Assembly: GCF_024521635.1 (NCBI RefSeq)
Contig: NW_026250403.1
Location: 2,976,001-3,040,000 of the forward strand
DNA length: 64,000 bases
Reading direction: 5' to 3'
DNA from: Tricharina praecox
Lineage: Eukaryota
Below, in pieces: positions 59,529-64,000 of the stretch. Each line of letters starts with the position of its first letter. The first letter of the stretch is position 1. The notes under the pieces were generated by a model. The model searched no databases. It was not told the origin of the DNA and saw only the letters and a program-made list of their open reading frames with translations. The position numbers and the translations under genes were made by a program.

Positions 59529-61730
59529 CACGTAGACGTGGACGATATTCTCGGGAACGAAGAGCTAGGTAGATCCGGACGTGTGTTCTATGATGGTCTC
59601 GGATACGTCAGTACAAAGTGTTCAGCAACGCTGCTATGGTGATACGTACGTCTTAACGTCACTGGGAGAGGAAACAATACGTGCGTAAACTCATGAGGGT
59701 ATCACGAAACCTCCAAACAGCTGCAGAGAATGATTGCAGGCGAACTGCTTCTGACACGGAAAAAGGGGGACGGCCTCCGGCCAACCGGAGGTGGCTAACC
59801 ACCTTTTTAAGTAGAGTACGATCTCCCGCATGGCCGTTCCCACTGCACGCGACAGCCTCTCTGCAAACTAGAAAATACCTGGTCTAGATTGAGATTTCTA
59901 GGTTCAAGTTCACGTTCAAGGTTGCGCGCAACGCTATCAGCCCATATCCATGCCTAGCATGTCGAAACTCTGCGCGGGCGGGAGCTGCGGTCAACCCCAT
60001 GGAGAAGTTTGTTCTCTGATGTTTGGTTTCCGTATGTATGAGGTATGTCGTGCATGCGGTGTTTCGTTACAGGAAAACCATGGTTCCTCGAGCTCTTTGA
60101 AGAAGGTGGATGGAACACAAATATATCGATTGGCACATATCGAGAACCGACGAGGTCCCCATGCACGATGATGCCAAAGTCGGCAGAAAACGCCGACGTT
60201 CGCGCTTTTTCTCCGTGGCCGTCTGACTTGTCCCTAATGGGTTAGACCATGGAAATAAAAAGCGGTTAGACAACCACAAGCCACCATCTGGCGTCTGCAG
60301 GGCCGTTAACGATCGGCGGAGAATTACTGTCCGTTCTCGAGGATTATCGAGGCGAAATGCGAAATGTCTGATGGGGATTTTCCTTTTTCGAGAATCGTGG
60401 AATTCAGCTACCCATGAAATATCACTCTGAGAATGAGTCGGCATGAGGCGGGTCGGAATTTCTCATATGTATTCCTGGCCATTACGGATGTGGAACGACG
60501 GGTTCCACCCCTGGCCGGGGAAGAGAGTCGAACCGCCGAGCCAGACCTCGGAGGCGGCGGCGGCACTAGACCCTATAAACTCAATCAACGGGCCAGAGAG
60601 GACCGGGACAAGAGCCGAGGCGCGCGCGACGCGGTGGCGGGAAGAGAGACGCATTGAAGAGCCGGATGAGAAGGTGCGGAGCAGGCAACGGAAGATGAAA
60701 GGGCCGGGACATGGCCGAGGGACTCGCTGGTAGATCTTTGGCAGGTGGCTTTTGGGAGGTCCACAAGACTGCTGGCGGAATTGTCACGCGTGAAATACCG
60801 AGTTCAAAACGAGGAGTCGGGTAAAGAAACTATGCGGGTCATTCACGTAGATAGCAAAGGTGCTTCGAGAGTAGCGTTCGGTCCGCGAATGCCAGCCGCA
60901 CCTGCGCTTATTGTACAAACGGCTCGCCTATGCACCGGCGTGCCAACGCAGCTTGGTGCTGTTTCGCTTTCCCTTTTTCTTTTGCTGCCGAGGTCGACGG
61001 AAACGTTTCTGACGGAGAGCCCAAACTCAGGCATGGACGATGGCGGCACCATGACTTCACAAGAAGATGGAGGATCCGTAGATGGATGTCGCACAGCTAC
61101 GGCAGACGTAAGACGCTTCATTCTCCTCTATTCTCACCAACCCCTCCTCGATGTCGGCCCACTCTCTTATTCTCTTCCCTTCATTGGCAATCTCCAGCGG
61201 CGATCCGCTAGTCGTCGTACTAATATAACTTTCGGGAGTGACACGATGCAAACCACTATTTCAAGATTCGTTTTTTGGAATAGACATCTCCAAAGACTTC
61301 TGTCAAGTGACAAGAAGGTGATCAGAATGTTCTGGCTATGCCAAAGCTCCACGAACAGCGCGGGCATCAGGTGGTCCAGCGTCATATCTTCACAGTTAAA
61401 CCTGTTGGCTCCTCATGAGATGAACCAAGACTAGCGAAAGTACAAGAGAAGTATCATTATTAGGAGTGAAGTAACCCTCGCCATCCATTCCATACAAACT
61501 ACCTTGGCTATCTAACGCCAAAGCCTTGAGCCCGCGCTCGCATTCCATCCAAACCTGAAGCCAAAAGCAACCCCGATCCACCCCTATCCATCCCTATCCC
61601 AAAGGTAACGCACAAATCTCCTCATTACAAAAGTTCACAGAACCTCTCCTTCCTCCTCCTTCCCCGAGGTTCATCGTATGAGCACCTCCCTTTCTTCCAA
61701 TATTGTCGTTTGCGCGTAGAAATCATTTAT

Positions 61731-61852
61731 CGTAACTCATAAAACATAACTCGTAATTCATAAAACATAACTCGTAATTCATAACTCGTAACTCATAACA
61801 TAAAGTCGTAAACGTAACTCATAGCAGTCGTGTCGTAAATCGTAATCGTAAT
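61731..61852. repeat. AT-rich minisatellite (CGTAAYTCATA-based, ~21-bp unit)
   Basis: cgtaactcataaaacataact cgtaattcataaaacataact cgtaattcataact cgtaactcataac... Confidence 0.85.
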
Positions 61853-61872
61853 CGGCCACAGCAGCAGACGCC

Positions 61873-62162
61873 TCATGCGGTCGCAGTCACCACGGGTTGG
61901 GCAGTAACCGCACAGCCCATATCCTCATCATCGCCATTCACCTATGCTCGTCAGTCGGCGCACGCAGTCGGTATGTCAGTAGAATAGCACCCACCCAAAG
62001 AAACACGTCCTTTCTGCACTCATCGTTGAGCGGCGCTGAGAGCCGTGCGCAGCAGCGACTGAGCCGGAGCGCGGCCGAGGCGGCGGAGAGCGATTGTGAG
62101 AGGTCGGCGTGGTAGGGGATCAGCGCCGGGCGGCGGTGGGAGCGCGGTGGGAGGACGGACAT
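61873..62162 (-). CDS. Putative 78-aa spliced small protein
   Basis: acaATG start after a CA-rich leader; phase-0 intron GTGGGT...CTGAC...TAG at 61994-61942 gives MSVLPPRSHRRPALIPYHADLSQ...DECRKDVFLW|VNGDDEDMGCAVTAQPVVTATA*. Confidence 0.5.
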
Positions 62163-62686
62163 TGTCGAGGATGTGGGTATGGATGAATGGGCGTAGGTAA
62201 GGTTGGAGTGGCGGTAGGTGAGGTATGGGTGTGGTTGATGGTCGTTGGGGTGCGTAATTGTGGAGAATGAGTGCAGTTGTGTAGAGTGATGAGTGACGCG
62301 GATTGCATGCCAGCGTGAAGTAGCGTGGCAGTCTGTTACGCGTTCGTGATATTGCCGGCTAGCTTTTTGTTACTTTCAAGCTCATGAGCTTGAAAATAAC
62401 AATCTAATGCATTGAATACAATTTTTAATTCATAATAGAAGCAATTCATGCATTTTTGAAAGAAAAAGCACTCTCATGTTGCCGAGAGTGTCTCACGCGT
62501 GATCACTCGATTTATGTCCTTGTGAGGGATGTTATAATATCTCACTCGTTGTTTAGTCGCTTACACGGTCATGACGGCGGGAAGCACTGGCCGCCTCTCT
62601 AGATTTTCTCTCCCTCTCCTACCACCCTCTTCCGTGTCTTCTCTCGAGGCTTTCAGACTCTCTCAATACAATACTCAATCATCAAA

Positions 62687-63567
62687 TTCCAACAGGTTAT
62701 GAGCCCAGCCCAGCGCTATCAAATTTCTATCTTCTAACATAACAAGTCACTTTTCGCTGCTCGCATAATCCACTATGTCGAACACCGAAATGTACAGCTT
62801 TCTGTCTCTCTTTCTATGTACGGATGAGCCGGGCGGAGAGCAATCCCCTCGGCGATGCTCGCACTCAAGATTATTACCGGCGAAGAAACCGAAAACGCCT
62901 ACCTATCCGAAACCCCACTGCGAACATCTGCTGACCTTCGTGGTTACAGGAGAGTAGGGTTACTTTCGTAGCAAGAGCTTGGACGCTTTTTGCAGCTTTC
63001 AAGTTTCGCAATGTTCGCAGTGGGGTTTCTGAAGGTAGGGAGTTTTCGGTTTCTTCGCCGGTAATAGTCTTGAGTGCGAGCATCGCCGAGGGGATTGCCG
63101 AAATGCGCAGTTTTCAAGTGTCGTAGCTGTCTGGGGAAAGTTTCTCGATGGGTCTGTACTTGGAGTTGTACATTTCAGTGTTCAACATAGTGGATTATAC
63201 GGGTGCCTAGCGATAGGTGATTTGTTGTGTTGGAAGATGGTGGTCGTTTGGGCGGTGCGGAAGTTCGGAGATCGTACGAACAGAAGATGCGGTATAGCGA
63301 GAGATAGAGGGAGAGTTGCAGGACAGGAGTCTCAATATTGTATTGGCTATCTGACTTGATGAAGATACGAAAGAACAGGCAAGATGGGCGGTTTATATAG
63401 AAGAAAACAGGAGATACAGAGGCATACAGTTTCCCAACATCTGTTTTCCAGTCTTGAACTATGTCCTTCTACATTACGTATCATGCCTTTGGGTTCGCTC
63501 GGCTGTGCTGACGCATATTTCTTCGGGTGATTTGATAGTGCTGGGCCGGACTCATATCCTGTTGGAA
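62687..63567. repeat. Large imperfect inverted repeat (fold-back)
   Basis: Inverted blocks: 62840-62927/63011-63098, 62765-62799/63164-63198, 62729-62758/63209-63238 and 62687-62724/63530-63567. Confidence 0.92.
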
Positions 63568-64000
63568 AACATGGGATATCTAAACGTTATGGTGCTAGAC
63601 TTGGAAAGGAACCTACACGAAGTCGGAACGGACAGTGGGGGAGGATAAAGCAGTGTGAATTCCCATGATCAAGCTACCTGAGTTGGCTACAGGCTACAGT
63701 TTTGAATCTTCACAATTTGCGAGGTTCACTAGGACCCTCGGCCTTCGCAAAAGCAAGTGAATGTTAATATTCAGATTGATATCGAGAAATATGGGACGGA
63801 TATATATCTTGGACGTTCCGATGTGAAGCATCTTGACATCAATTGGCGCCACTTGTAGCTTCTATCTCCTTCGATCGTAAACCCGCCTACCCACTTAACT
63901 ACAACCCTACGGCACTTTGCAATTTCCCTTCATCATTCCTGCACAGTCTCCCATCCTCTCTGGTCGCCCACCTGTCGCTCCCAACCGCAGTAATCGCGTA

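Noticed and set aside
60745-61581. 229-aa plus-strand ORF and overlapping minus-strand fragments
   Set aside because: Non-ATG start, no motif and no consistent splice model.
61731-61852. Short repeats considered as a CRISPR or telomere-like array
   Set aside because: No unique spacers, not TTAGGG-type, and the context is eukaryotic; it is a simple minisatellite.

Overview
Eukaryotic DNA from a filamentous ascomycete. It has GT-AG introns of about 55-65 nt with CTRAC/CTAAY branch sites; a Pezizomycete origin is plausible but unproven. The first 37 kb carry conserved genes: a SIT4-associated SAPS protein, VPS60, SEC3, DBP4, an S10 carboxypeptidase, a dual-specificity phosphatase, CDC4, a Q/P-rich orphan, AHA1 and a Cnn_1N/CM1-motif coiled-coil gene. 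A ~20 kb gene-poor stretch follows, holding only two small zinc-ribbon microprotein genes and local duplications. The window ends with an MFS sugar porter, a probable 78-aa spliced gene and a ~0.9 kb fold-back. The strongest signal is introns that read as hidden coding modules. VPS60 intron 2 (153 nt, in frame, no stop) would add a two-helix hydrophobic hairpin to an ESCRT-III protein. The last AHA1 intron (291 nt) would replace the usual FGAIL end with a linker plus tail anchor. The SAPS gene has a candidate donor in front of an acidic tail. This suggests retention-switched membrane anchoring of normally soluble proteins, which is an inference that needs RNA-seq and orthologue checks. Also seen: a 5-nt micro-exon and a perfect heat-shock element at AHA1, and CpG-biased decay of the repeats.
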